39,463 nt of DNA from a virus (taxonomy: Duplodnaviria; Heunggongvirae; Uroviricota; Caudoviricetes), in IMG/VR virus record IMGVR_UViG_2568526086_000005, positions 1 through 39,463 of that record; one strand, given 5' to 3'. The position numbers and the translations under genes are program-made. Positions within the stretch are counted from its first letter, which is position 1. Every line of letters starts with the position of its first letter. The notes under the pieces were generated by a model. It searched no databases. It was not told where the DNA came from and saw nothing but the letters and a program-made list of their open reading frames with translations. Shown here piece after piece: positions 27,509-35,891 of the stretch.

Positions 27509-28654
27509 ATGGCACAGGGCTTGCCTGTATCAAACGTTGTTAATGTTGATGTGATCATGTCGCCGCGTGCAGCATCAGGGCGAAATTTTGGTGCATTACT
27601 CATTCTCGGCCCGTCCACAATCATTCCGGTAAGTGAGCGCATTCGCCGTTATTCTGCCGCGGAAGATATTGGAAAAGATTTTGGCGTGGAATCACCAGAA
27701 TATAAGGCTGCGCAGGTGTTTTTCTCTCAATCACCGAAACCTCAGGAGGTTTTTGTTGGTCGTTGGGTGAAAACGAAGGGAGACAGCGAACAGGCCACGC
27801 CTGAGACGCTGGAGCAGGCTGTGAATGCCATGCTCGATTATACTTCATGGTATGGGCTGGGGATTGCAGACGATGCAGATATTCCGGATGCAGACTGGCT
27901 GAAAGTGGCTGCGGCGATCGAATCCTCTTCTGTAAGCCGTATTCTGGCGATTACGACAAGCGATGAGAAATGCCTGCAGACTGCATCCAGCGATGATTTG
28001 GCATCAAAACTGAAAACCGCCGGATATTCACGCAGTTTTATTCAGTATTCATCGGGTAATAAATACGCTGCGTTATCTGCATTTGGCCGGGCATTCACGG
28101 TTAATTTCAATGGCAGTAATACCGCGATTACGCTCAAGTTTAAGCAGGAGCCGGGCGTCGGGTATGAAACACTGACAGTCAGCCAGGCATCGGCACTTGA
28201 TGCAAAAAACTGCAATGTATTCGTGCACTACCAGAATGATACGGCTATCCTCCAGCAGGGAGTGATGGCTAACGGCGATTTCTTTGATGAACGCCACGGC
28301 CTGGACTGGTTGCAGAACTACGTGCAGACCAACCTTTACAACCTGCTGTACACCTCGACTACCAAAATTCCGCAAACCGACGCGGGCGTTACCCGGTTAA
28401 TGACCAACGTCGAAGCGTCACTCGACCAGGCGGTTAATAACGGCCTGGTGGCTCCGGGTGTATGGAATGGCGGCCCGATCGGCCAGATTGAATCAGGTGA
28501 CACACTGACCAAGGGTTACTACGTCCACGCCGATTCAGTAGAAAACCAGGCGCAGTCCGACAGGGAAGCGCGTAAGTCGCCGGTGATTCAGGCGGCGATC
28601 AAACTGGCGGGTGCCATTCACTATGCTGACGTGCAGATCAATGTGGTGCGATAA
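27509..28654 (+). CDS. Tail sheath protein
   Basis: 381 aa, RBS GGAG, followed by tube and chaperone genes. Size and order fit a contractile tail. Confidence 0.65.
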   Translation: MAQGLPVSNVVNVDVIMSPRAASGRNFGALLILGPSTIIPVSERIRRYSAAEDIGKDFGVESPEYKAAQVFFSQSPKPQEVFVGRWVKTKGDSEQATPETLEQAVNAMLDYTSWYGLGIADDADIPDADWLKVAAAIESSSVSRILAITTSDEKCLQTASSDDLASKLKTAGYSRSFIQYSSGNKYAALSAFGRAFTVNFNGSNTAITLKFKQEPGVGYETLTVSQASALDAKNCNVFVHYQNDTAILQQGVMANGDFFDERHGLDWLQNYVQTNLYNLLYTSTTKIPQTDAGVTRLMTNVEASLDQAVNNGLVAPGVWNGGPIGQIESGDTLTKGYYVHADSVENQAQSDREARKSPVIQAAIKLAGAIHYADVQINVVR

Positions 28655-28663
28655 GGAGCGACC

Positions 28664-29107
28664 ATGAGCGGAACCTATAGTTTTATTGACGTCTCGGCAT
28701 CCCTGACGGGCCCAACCGGTAGCATCGATCTGGGCTACGGCTCGGCGAACTCCGAAGAAGGCATTACGGTTGCGATGACCGAGGCAAAAAACACCATGAC
28801 CGTCGGCGCCGATGGCGAGGTGATGCACAGCCTGCACGCCGGTAAGAGCGGCACTATCACGTTGACTTTGCTGAAAACCTCCCCGGTAAACAAAAAGCTC
28901 TCGCTGATGTACAACGCACAGAGCCTGTCCTCGGCGACGTGGGGCAATAACGTCATCGTCATTCGCAACAAAGTATCAGGTGATACCACTACAGCGCGTT
29001 CTTGTGCTTTCCAGAAGCAACCCGATCACGCTAACGCCAAAGTCGGCAATACGGTTTCCTGGGTCTTTGACTGCGGCAAGATTGACCAGCTGCTGGGGGA
29101 GTTTTAA
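28664..29107 (+). CDS. Tail tube protein
   Basis: 147 aa, RBS AAGGAG, between the sheath and the chaperone. Confidence 0.6.
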   Translation: MSGTYSFIDVSASLTGPTGSIDLGYGSANSEEGITVAMTEAKNTMTVGADGEVMHSLHAGKSGTITLTLLKTSPVNKKLSLMYNAQSLSSATWGNNVIVIRNKVSGDTTTARSCAFQKQPDHANAKVGNTVSWVFDCGKIDQLLGEF

Positions 29108-29110
29108 CAG

Positions 29111-29530
29111 ATGGAATTTGAAATCAAAGGCGTTAATTATCGAACCGCCAAACTCGACGTATTCCAGCAACTGAAGGTAAGCCGTAAGCTGCTGCCGGTG
29201 CTGGCTGGGCTCGTTAGCGAATTTTCCACGCTGAAAGCGCAGGCCGCTGCGGGTAACTCTGGTGCAGTGCTGGAAAGCGTACTGCCGAAAATTGCCGATA
29301 CGCTGGCCGCGCTGCCGGACGAGGACGTTAACGCGGTGATTCATCCGTGTCTGAGCGTCGTTTCCCGCCAGCACGAAAAGGGCTGGACGAAGGTGTTCGA
29401 TCAGGGCGCGCTGATGTTCGACGATATCGACCTGTTCACGATGCTGCAGCTGGTGGCGCGGGTGGTCGCCGACAGCCTGGGAAATTTTTTGAAAGAACTC
29501 CCCGGCAGCGGGACGCCTACCCAGCCATAG
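29111..29530 (+). CDS. Tail assembly chaperone (short form, G-like)
   Basis: 139 aa, immediately upstream of the tape measure gene. Contains the slippery heptamer T_TTT_TTG near its 3' end. Confidence 0.6.
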   Translation: MEFEIKGVNYRTAKLDVFQQLKVSRKLLPVLAGLVSEFSTLKAQAAAGNSGAVLESVLPKIADTLAALPDEDVNAVIHPCLSVVSRQHEKGWTKVFDQGALMFDDIDLFTMLQLVARVVADSLGNFLKELPGSGTPTQP

Positions 29531-29724
29531 GTCCTGTCCTCGAATCCATGCCAGAAGGTGAGGATTTCCTGATGCGCCCGGTGGATGCCGGGCTCATCCC
29601 TTACACCGCCCTGAAAGATGGATCAGTCGACCTGGCTGATATTGCCCGTATGAATGACTGGCTGGACCTGAAAGCCGATAACGAAAACCGTATAGCGAAA
29701 TGGAGAGAGGCTAATGAACGCTGA
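29111..29724 (+). CDS. Tail assembly chaperone long form made by -1 programmed frameshift at T_TTT_TTG (29485-29491) (GT-like)
   Basis: The -1 frame after the heptamer stays open to 29724 and reads FFERTPRQRDAYPAIGPVLESMPEGEDFLMRPVDAGLIPYTALKDG.... This is the usual arrangement upstream of a tape measure gene. Confidence 0.5.
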
Positions 29725-31714
29725 AACGCTCAAGGACTTTCTGATCTCGCTTGGGTTCAAAGTTGATGAGGCTGGCGCCAGAAAATTCGATGCCGTCGTT
29801 GCCGGGACAACGCTTAAAGCGATTGAGCTGGGCGTCAAAGTTGAGGCGGCGGCGCTTTCCGTCGTTGCATTCACCGCGAAAATTGCCAGCGGTCTCGACG
29901 ACCTGTACTGGGCCTCTCAGCGCACAGGCGCGACGGTGGAGGGCATTAAGCAGATTGGGTATGCGGTTAGTCAGGTTGGCGGCAGTGTCGACTGGGCCCG
30001 CGGCTCTCTCGAAAATCTTGCCCGGTTCATGCGTAACAATCCCGGCGCTGAGGGTTTCCTGAACCGGCTGGGGGTTCAAACGCGTGATGCCAGCGGCAAC
30101 ATGCGGGATATGGCGACGATCTTTACCGGCGTCGGCCAGCGTCTTAGCAGCATGCCGTACTACCGTGCAAACCAGTACGCACAGATGCTGGGTATTGATG
30201 AAAATACCCTGATGGCAATGCGCCGTGGTATTGGTGAGTACATGGGCCAGTACAACGCGATGAAAAAGGCCATCGGGTTCAATCCTGAACAGGCTGCTGC
30301 TGCGTCTAACAGGTTTATGACCTCACTCCGTTCCCTCGGCGAAATGGCCGGTATGGCGCGGGACAAAATCGGTTCCAGTCTGGCCGATGGTCTGACGGGC
30401 TCGCTGGACCGCCTGCGCCGTCAGATCATGGAGAATTTCCCGAAAATTGAAGGGGCTATCACTGCTGGTGTCAAAGGTGTCCTGTGGTTTGGTGAAATCA
30501 TTGGCCGGGTGGTTTATCGGTTGATACAGCTCACAGGGGACATTATCAACTGGTGGAAATCACTCAGTACCGAAACCAGACAAGTTATTGAGGTATTTGG
30601 CGCATTGATGGTTGCATGGCGCCTTCTGAATACCGCCTTTGCGATGTCGCCCATTGGCCGTGTCTTTATGCTGGGAGCCGCGCTGATAGGTCTCTACGAC
30701 GATTACCGTACGTGGAAAGAAGGCGGCCAGTCGCTCATAGACTGGGGGAAATGGGAGCCGGGTATCAAATATGCCCAAAAGGCTTTTGCCAGCCTGAGTA
30801 AGGACTTTGGTGGCATCTATCTGAAGGTTAAAGACCTTGGCTCTGCCATCGTCGATCTGGGTAAGCGATTCCTTGAATTCATTAATATCGATACGTCGAA
30901 ATTTAATGGCAAATGGCTGTTTGACCAGATTATCGAAAGCGTCCGCAGTTCAATCAAAATCCTTGGTTCGCTGGTGGACGCTCTGCGAAAGGTTATTAGT
31001 GGCGATTTCTCAGGCGCATGGGATTCGCTTAAAGGCGCAGCCGCAGCGTGGAGTGATAGCCCGATTATTCAGGGTGCCGCCTCTGTCGGGCAGGGGTTAT
31101 GGGATAAGGCTGTTGACTGGTGGAATGGTGATGCCACGCAGTACGGACAATCAGTGAAACGACCGTCACCTTCAAAAGCTGGCGCTCAGTTGCTTGGATG
31201 GATGGCCCCGATGATGGGTAAGCTGGAGGCTATGTATAACCTTCCTTCTGGTCTTCTGCGAAGTGTCGCTATCACTGAATCAGGGGGAAATCAGTTCGCT
31301 GTATCCGGTGCCGGCGCACAGGGAATGTTCCAGTTTATGCCTGGCACCGCTCGGGATATGGGGCTACGCGGGAATGATGTCTTCGACCCGATCAAGTCAG
31401 CGGAAGCGGCGGCGCGATATCTATCGATGCTCCTGCAGAAGAACGGCGGAGATCTGGGTAAAGCTCTGGCCTCGTATAACTGGGGGATCGGTAACGTGCA
31501 GAAATACGGCATGGCGCTGATGCCGCAGGAAACCAGGCAATATATCCCGAAGGTGTTGAGCAATATGCCGGGGGCTGGCGCGACATTGAACCAGAATACC
31601 GTTATCAACATTTCTGGTGTCAGCGATCCGAGAGAGGCGGGGAAAATCGTCTCTGAAAGCCAGGGCAACGTTAATGCACGCGCTACCCAGCAACTAACCA
31701 GGGGGCCGAGCTGA
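29714..31714 (+). CDS. Tail tape measure protein with C-terminal lytic transglycosylase (SLT) domain
   Basis: 666 aa, helical N-terminal two-thirds with hydrophobic segments. C-terminal ..SVAITESGGNQFAVSGAGAQGMFQFMPGTARDMG..YNWG.. is an SLT catalytic motif (E-S...GLMQ-type). Confidence 0.75.
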   Translation: MNAETLKDFLISLGFKVDEAGARKFDAVVAGTTLKAIELGVKVEAAALSVVAFTAKIASGLDDLYWASQRTGATVEGIKQIGYAVSQVGGSVDWARGSLENLARFMRNNPGAEGFLNRLGVQTRDASGNMRDMATIFTGVGQRLSSMPYYRANQYAQMLGIDENTLMAMRRGIGEYMGQYNAMKKAIGFNPEQAAAASNRFMTSLRSLGEMAGMARDKIGSSLADGLTGSLDRLRRQIMENFPKIEGAITAGVKGVLWFGEIIGRVVYRLIQLTGDIINWWKSLSTETRQVIEVFGALMVAWRLLNTAFAMSPIGRVFMLGAALIGLYDDYRTWKEGGQSLIDWGKWEPGIKYAQKAFASLSKDFGGIYLKVKDLGSAIVDLGKRFLEFINIDTSKFNGKWLFDQIIESVRSSIKILGSLVDALRKVISGDFSGAWDSLKGAAAAWSDSPIIQGAASVGQGLWDKAVDWWNGDATQYGQSVKRPSPSKAGAQLLGWMAPMMGKLEAMYNLPSGLLRSVAITESGGNQFAVSGAGAQGMFQFMPGTARDMGLRGNDVFDPIKSAEAAARYLSMLLQKNGGDLGKALASYNWGIGNVQKYGMALMPQETRQYIPKVLSNMPGAGATLNQNTVINISGVSDPREAGKIVSESQGNVNARATQQLTRGPS

Positions 31715-32313
31715 TGGATATTCTTTCAACCCTTTTCCAGCAGCGGAGCCGCCGTATTGGTCTGATGATACCCGATGTGGTGGTTTCAGAGCGTCATAGC
31801 GATGCTCTGGAGGTGACAGAGCATCCAGTTGAAAGGCCTACAAGCGCAGGAACAGGGTTCATTGCAGACCATGCATATCGGCGCCCGTCAGAAGTCGTTA
31901 TGGAGATAGGCTTTGCTGGTGGTGGTTCCTTGCTGGATTTTTATGATACAGCAGGCATCGGGCTGTCTACGCCCCTTAACAACATGGGGCCTAAGGAAGT
32001 CTATGCTGAGCTGCTCAAAATGCAGCAGGAAAGGCAGTTGCTTGATGTAACCACCGGGAAGCGTCTTTATACCAATATGGTGATCCGCTCTCTGGATGTG
32101 ACGACCGAACGTACCAGCGAAAACGTACTGATGGCGACAGTTACACTGAGGGAAATAATCACCAGCCAAACGCAGACAGTCAGCGTGGCAGCGAAGGAAA
32201 ACATGAAAGAGGGGGTAAACACGTCAGCGGTGCAAAATTCAGGAGTAAAGACACCGACTCCGAAAGATGAGTCGCTAATAAGCCGGTTTGTCGGTTTCAT
32301 CTCGGGAGGTTAA
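31714..32313 (+). CDS. Tail/baseplate protein (hypothetical)
   Basis: 199 aa, ATG overlapping the tape measure stop. Confidence 0.5.
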   Translation: MDILSTLFQQRSRRIGLMIPDVVVSERHSDALEVTEHPVERPTSAGTGFIADHAYRRPSEVVMEIGFAGGGSLLDFYDTAGIGLSTPLNNMGPKEVYAELLKMQQERQLLDVTTGKRLYTNMVIRSLDVTTERTSENVLMATVTLREIITSQTQTVSVAAKENMKEGVNTSAVQNSGVKTPTPKDESLISRFVGFISGG

Positions 32314-32616
32314 ATGGCTGTTTCAGAAATCCCTCTATCACCAGAAAACCAGCGATTCTCCATATCTGTTGCAGGTCAAAGCCTGCAAATGGCTGTCACC
32401 TGGCGTGCTGCTTTCTGGTGTCTGGATATTATGGACAGTACCGGGGCCGACCTGATAAAGGGGATCCCGCTTATCACCGGCGCCAACCTGCTGGCTCAGT
32501 ATCGCTATCTCGGGCTTGGCTTTTCGCTCTATGTCAATTGCGACGACCCAGCAAATGATAATCCAACCCAAACCGACCTCGGCATTAAAAGCCATCTCTA
32601 CGCAGTAACGGAGTGA
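32314..32616 (+). CDS. Tail/baseplate protein (hypothetical)
   Basis: 100 aa, immediately follows the previous gene. Confidence 0.45.
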   Translation: MAVSEIPLSPENQRFSISVAGQSLQMAVTWRAAFWCLDIMDSTGADLIKGIPLITGANLLAQYRYLGLGFSLYVNCDDPANDNPTQTDLGIKSHLYAVTE

Positions 32617-32618
32617 TT

Positions 32619-33647
32619 ATGTCTCAGAACTGGATGCGGCACTTTGAGCTGCAGCTTATTGACGACAAGGGTGATGGTGTTTCGCTGTCGGATTTTAAGG
32701 TGACGTTTAATATCCAGAAGATGCCCGCGACTATCTTTAACGGATTCGTGGGTAACTTCAAAATCTACAATCTGTCGCCGGAGACACAAAACCGGATCAT
32801 GGGTAAAGAGTTTACTCGTGTAAGGGCTATTGCCGGGTATAACGGCACAGCAGACAGCAGTGGTAACTATCCTGATAAAAATGTGGGGATCATCTTTAAC
32901 GGTGATATTCGCTTTACCGTTACCGGAAAAGATAACGTCACCGATAGTTGGGTGCTCATCCAGTGTATTGATGGCTGGGAGGGGCATCTCAACGCCAGCG
33001 TGAAAACGACAGTATCGGCAGGCTGGAAGCATGCTGACCTGTTTGATTTGGGTATGCAGTCCCTTAGCCATTATGGCATTACAGAGGGAAGCAGGCCGGA
33101 TTTTGGTCCAACTGTATTCCCCCGCGGCCGCACTATTTATCAGAACACTGGACGCCTGATGTACAGCCTTGCAGGGCAATGTAAGGCTAATTGGTGGTAC
33201 GAAAACAACCAGGTGCATATTGTTCCTGATGATAAGTACATACAGGAAGCGATTGTACTGAACGCCAATACGGGCCTGATCGGTATGCCTCAGCAGACGA
33301 TGGGCGCCGGGGTAAATGTGCGCTGTCTGATAAACCCGAATATTAAGCTTGGTGGGCTTATCAGGCTGGATCAGGCCTCTGTATATCGTCAGGCTCTCGG
33401 TAATGACCAGGTTGGCCAGTCACCAGGTATCTTAGGCGAAAGTACCACAGACGGTAACATCTATGTCGATGGGCTTCCCGGGTCGCAGCTGGCGGCAATC
33501 AATACCGATGGTGATTACATTGTCGGCAGCATTGACTATACTGGCGATACTCGCGGGCAGGCGTGGTATATGGACCTGCTGTGTCTGGCGAAAGGGGCTC
33601 GGGATTTGCTCAACTCAAAAGGTTTGGATGCGGCGCAATACTCATGA
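32619..33647 (+). CDS. Baseplate hub-like protein
   Basis: ATG at 32619 (GGAG RBS; the track ORF starts at GTG 32613). About 342 aa, in the tail module after the tape measure. Confidence 0.5.
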   Translation: MSQNWMRHFELQLIDDKGDGVSLSDFKVTFNIQKMPATIFNGFVGNFKIYNLSPETQNRIMGKEFTRVRAIAGYNGTADSSGNYPDKNVGIIFNGDIRFTVTGKDNVTDSWVLIQCIDGWEGHLNASVKTTVSAGWKHADLFDLGMQSLSHYGITEGSRPDFGPTVFPRGRTIYQNTGRLMYSLAGQCKANWWYENNQVHIVPDDKYIQEAIVLNANTGLIGMPQQTMGAGVNVRCLINPNIKLGGLIRLDQASVYRQALGNDQVGQSPGILGESTTDGNIYVDGLPGSQLAAINTDGDYIVGSIDYTGDTRGQAWYMDLLCLAKGARDLLNSKGLDAAQYS

Positions 33648-33988
33648 AGAAAATCATTACTGCTTGTATTTTTTCCCTCTTCCTTTCCGCCCCTGCTTTT
33701 GCGGATACTTCCTGCGGACCGTTTGGGATCAACTGGAAGGCGCAGGATGGATTTGCGCGGATAAACGGCGCTAAGCCAGAGTCGCAGAAGATTACATTTC
33801 TAAAGGTAAAAAATGATTACAACAATGTGAAAATACAGTGGATGCTTCCTGACGCCAGATCTGGGCGTTGGCTTGGAATGGATTTTGTCGCCCGAAACGG
33901 CAAGCCTATCCTCAACGTCGAAGTGATCCGCAAGAACATGGACGAGCCCAGAGAGTTCTGGACGTACGACTGTCGGAAGGTGAAGTAA
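33644..33988 (+). CDS. Small secreted protein of unknown function (cassette gene 1)
   Basis: 114 aa from the ATG overlapping the baseplate-hub stop (ATGA). Signal peptide MKKIITACIFSLFLSAPAFA with an AxA cleavage site. Two Cys in the mature part. Confidence 0.55.
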   Translation: MKKIITACIFSLFLSAPAFADTSCGPFGINWKAQDGFARINGAKPESQKITFLKVKNDYNNVKIQWMLPDARSGRWLGMDFVARNGKPILNVEVIRKNMDEPREFWTYDCRKVK

Positions 33989-34037
33989 TCTGGTTGCTCG
34001 CTATTTTATGTGCTTAAAGGCAGGGTAGGTAAGCGTT

Positions 34038-34220
34038 ATGTCAAATTTTCTCACCGGTGTAAAAATTGATCATCCGCCTATCCCTTGCGAAGACCTGAAA
34101 TGTGAACAGGAGAGAACGGGGGATATTTTTATTAATTACCCCGTTAATGGAGAAAGATTTTCCCCAGAAAATCCCGCCGACAATGCATTTAACGTTAAAA
34201 CACCAAGCGGTAGTGATTAA
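34038..34220 (+). CDS. Hypothetical small protein (cassette gene 2)
   Basis: 60-aa ORF with ATG and a weak RBS. AT-rich. Coding status uncertain. Confidence 0.3.
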   Translation: MSNFLTGVKIDHPPIPCEDLKCEQERTGDIFINYPVNGERFSPENPADNAFNVKTPSGSD

Positions 34221-34262
34221 GCTCATTTAATCCCCTAATCTGTTTCAAAAACAGGAGGGGAA

Positions 34263-34829
34263 ATGAACGCTTACGACTACAAGAAAGCAGTTTACCGGAT
34301 AGCAAGGCATGAGGCTGGTCATTGGCTTGCAGCCTACATCTTGGGATGGGATCCAAAAAAAATTGAACTAAAAGTTCCCAGCTCGGAAAATAGTCATTAT
34401 GGCTATGCGTTATGCGCCTATAAAGTAAATTTAGAGACTATATGTGATGTCAGAGATTACGCTCGTGGCAGAGTTAAGGTGCTCTATTGTGGTGCATATG
34501 CTGATGGTTATGATGGATATAATTTTGACTATGAAAGAATAGGGCGTGAGATGGGGCGCACAGGTGGTGCGTATTCTGATTTTTGGAAAGCCGAAGAGAT
34601 ATATTTCTTTTATTATAATTGCCTTGAGAGTAAAGGTGATTGGGAGTACGAATTTAATCCTATTGTGAACGACGTTAAATTGTTAGTCAGAATGCATCAT
34701 GACTTCCTTGATTCTGTTGGAAATTATGCAAAAGATAAAGCTTTGAACATCGGTGATGTTATAGAGATAACTCCTGATACTCTCAAAACCTTGTTCATAG
34801 AAAGTAAGATAAGACTCCCTTCTTATTAG
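34263..34829 (+). CDS. Stand-alone FtsH-like (M41-type) zinc metallopeptidase domain protein, no AAA+ module (cassette gene 3)
   Basis: 188 aa, strong RBS AGGAGGGG. HEAGH at residues 16-20 inside RIARHEAGHWLAAYILGWDP, then LYCGAYADGYDGY and GAYSDF. These parallel FtsH's YHEAGHAI..HDP, LYGGRLAEE and GASND (third zinc ligand). AT-rich. Confidence 0.55.
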   Translation: MNAYDYKKAVYRIARHEAGHWLAAYILGWDPKKIELKVPSSENSHYGYALCAYKVNLETICDVRDYARGRVKVLYCGAYADGYDGYNFDYERIGREMGRTGGAYSDFWKAEEIYFFYYNCLESKGDWEYEFNPIVNDVKLLVRMHHDFLDSVGNYAKDKALNIGDVIEITPDTLKTLFIESKIRLPSY

Positions 34830-34842
34830 CTTATAGTTAAGA

Positions 34843-34866
34843 AGCCCGCTCCGGCGGGTTTTTTAA
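34843..34866 (+). terminator. Rho-independent terminator closing the inserted cassette
   Basis: GCCCGC-TCCG-GCGGG followed by TTTTTTAAT, 14 nt after the stop of the peptidase-like gene. Confidence 0.55.
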
Positions 34867-34882
34867 TGCCGGAGTAAACCAA

Positions 34883-35536
34883 ATGCCCGTAGCACTAAAC
34901 TCCCAGCTCGGCAGTAAAGAGCAGGCAGACGCACAACTGGCGCAGGCGATCATGTCTGCAATGCGCGTCTCCATGCCTGGCATCATTCAGTCGTTTGATC
35001 CGGACGCCGTCACCGCTGTTGTTCAGCCAGCCATTAAAGGCGCAGAGCAGGACGAATCCGGCGCCGAGGTATCGGTAAACCTCCCGCTACTGGTAGATGT
35101 TCCTGTCATCTTCCCTCGCGGCGGAGGTTGCACGCTGACTTTTCCTGTTAAGGCTGGTGATGAATGCCTTGTTATCTTTGCAGACCGCTGTATTGATTTC
35201 TGGTGGCAAAGCGGAGGTATTCAGGAGCCAGTAGACGAGCGCATGCATGATTTATCCGATGCCTTCTGCATTGTTGGTCCGCAGTCGCAGGCAAAGAAAA
35301 TAGGCGGTATCAGCACCAGTGCGGTAGAGCTGCGCAGTGATGACGGGGAAACAAAGTTGAGCCTTAATCCTGCCAGCGGAGCTATCAACGGTACGGCGCC
35401 GGGAGGTTTTAACCTGAACGGGCTTAAAATTCTTTCTGACGGCCGCCTGCAGCTGGTGGATGGCTCAGTCGTTGATAAGCATACGCATGGTGGCGTTGAG
35501 CCTGGTGGCAGCAGTACAGCACCACTCGGAGGATGA
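34883..35536 (+). CDS. Baseplate central spike/assembly protein (Mu gp45 / gpV-like)
   Basis: 217 aa, RBS GGAG. Position and size fit a baseplate spike. Gly-rich C-terminus. Confidence 0.55.
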   Translation: MPVALNSQLGSKEQADAQLAQAIMSAMRVSMPGIIQSFDPDAVTAVVQPAIKGAEQDESGAEVSVNLPLLVDVPVIFPRGGGCTLTFPVKAGDECLVIFADRCIDFWWQSGGIQEPVDERMHDLSDAFCIVGPQSQAKKIGGISTSAVELRSDDGETKLSLNPASGAINGTAPGGFNLNGLKILSDGRLQLVDGSVVDKHTHGGVEPGGSSTAPLGG

Positions 35537-35537
35537 T

Positions 35538-35891
35538 ATGCGATACCGTCGAGAAGATGACGATGGGGATTACACCTTCGGTCAGGGCGATGATACGTGG
35601 CTGGTTAACTCCCCAGAGGCTGTCGCGCAGGCCATAAAAACGCGATTTCTGCTTTGGTACGGGCAGTGGTTTCTGGACACCACAGAAGGTACGCCATGGA
35701 TTCAGTCCGTTCTGGGTAAGCAAAGGCCGGATACCTACAACCTCGCTATCCGTAAGCGGATCCTAGAAACGCAGGGGGTTAGCTCAATCACTGCATTTAA
35801 CACCACCGTTGACGGTACCACGCGCCGTGTAACGTTCACAGCAACGGTGGAAACCATCTACGGGACAACCACAGTAACTTCGGAGGCGTAA
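35538..35891 (+). CDS. Baseplate protein (Mu gp46-like)
   Basis: 117 aa from ATG 35538 (RBS GGAGGA; overlaps the previous stop). Confidence 0.5.
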   Translation: MRYRREDDDGDYTFGQGDDTWLVNSPEAVAQAIKTRFLLWYGQWFLDTTEGTPWIQSVLGKQRPDTYNLAIRKRILETQGVSSITAFNTTVDGTTRRVTFTATVETIYGTTTVTSEA

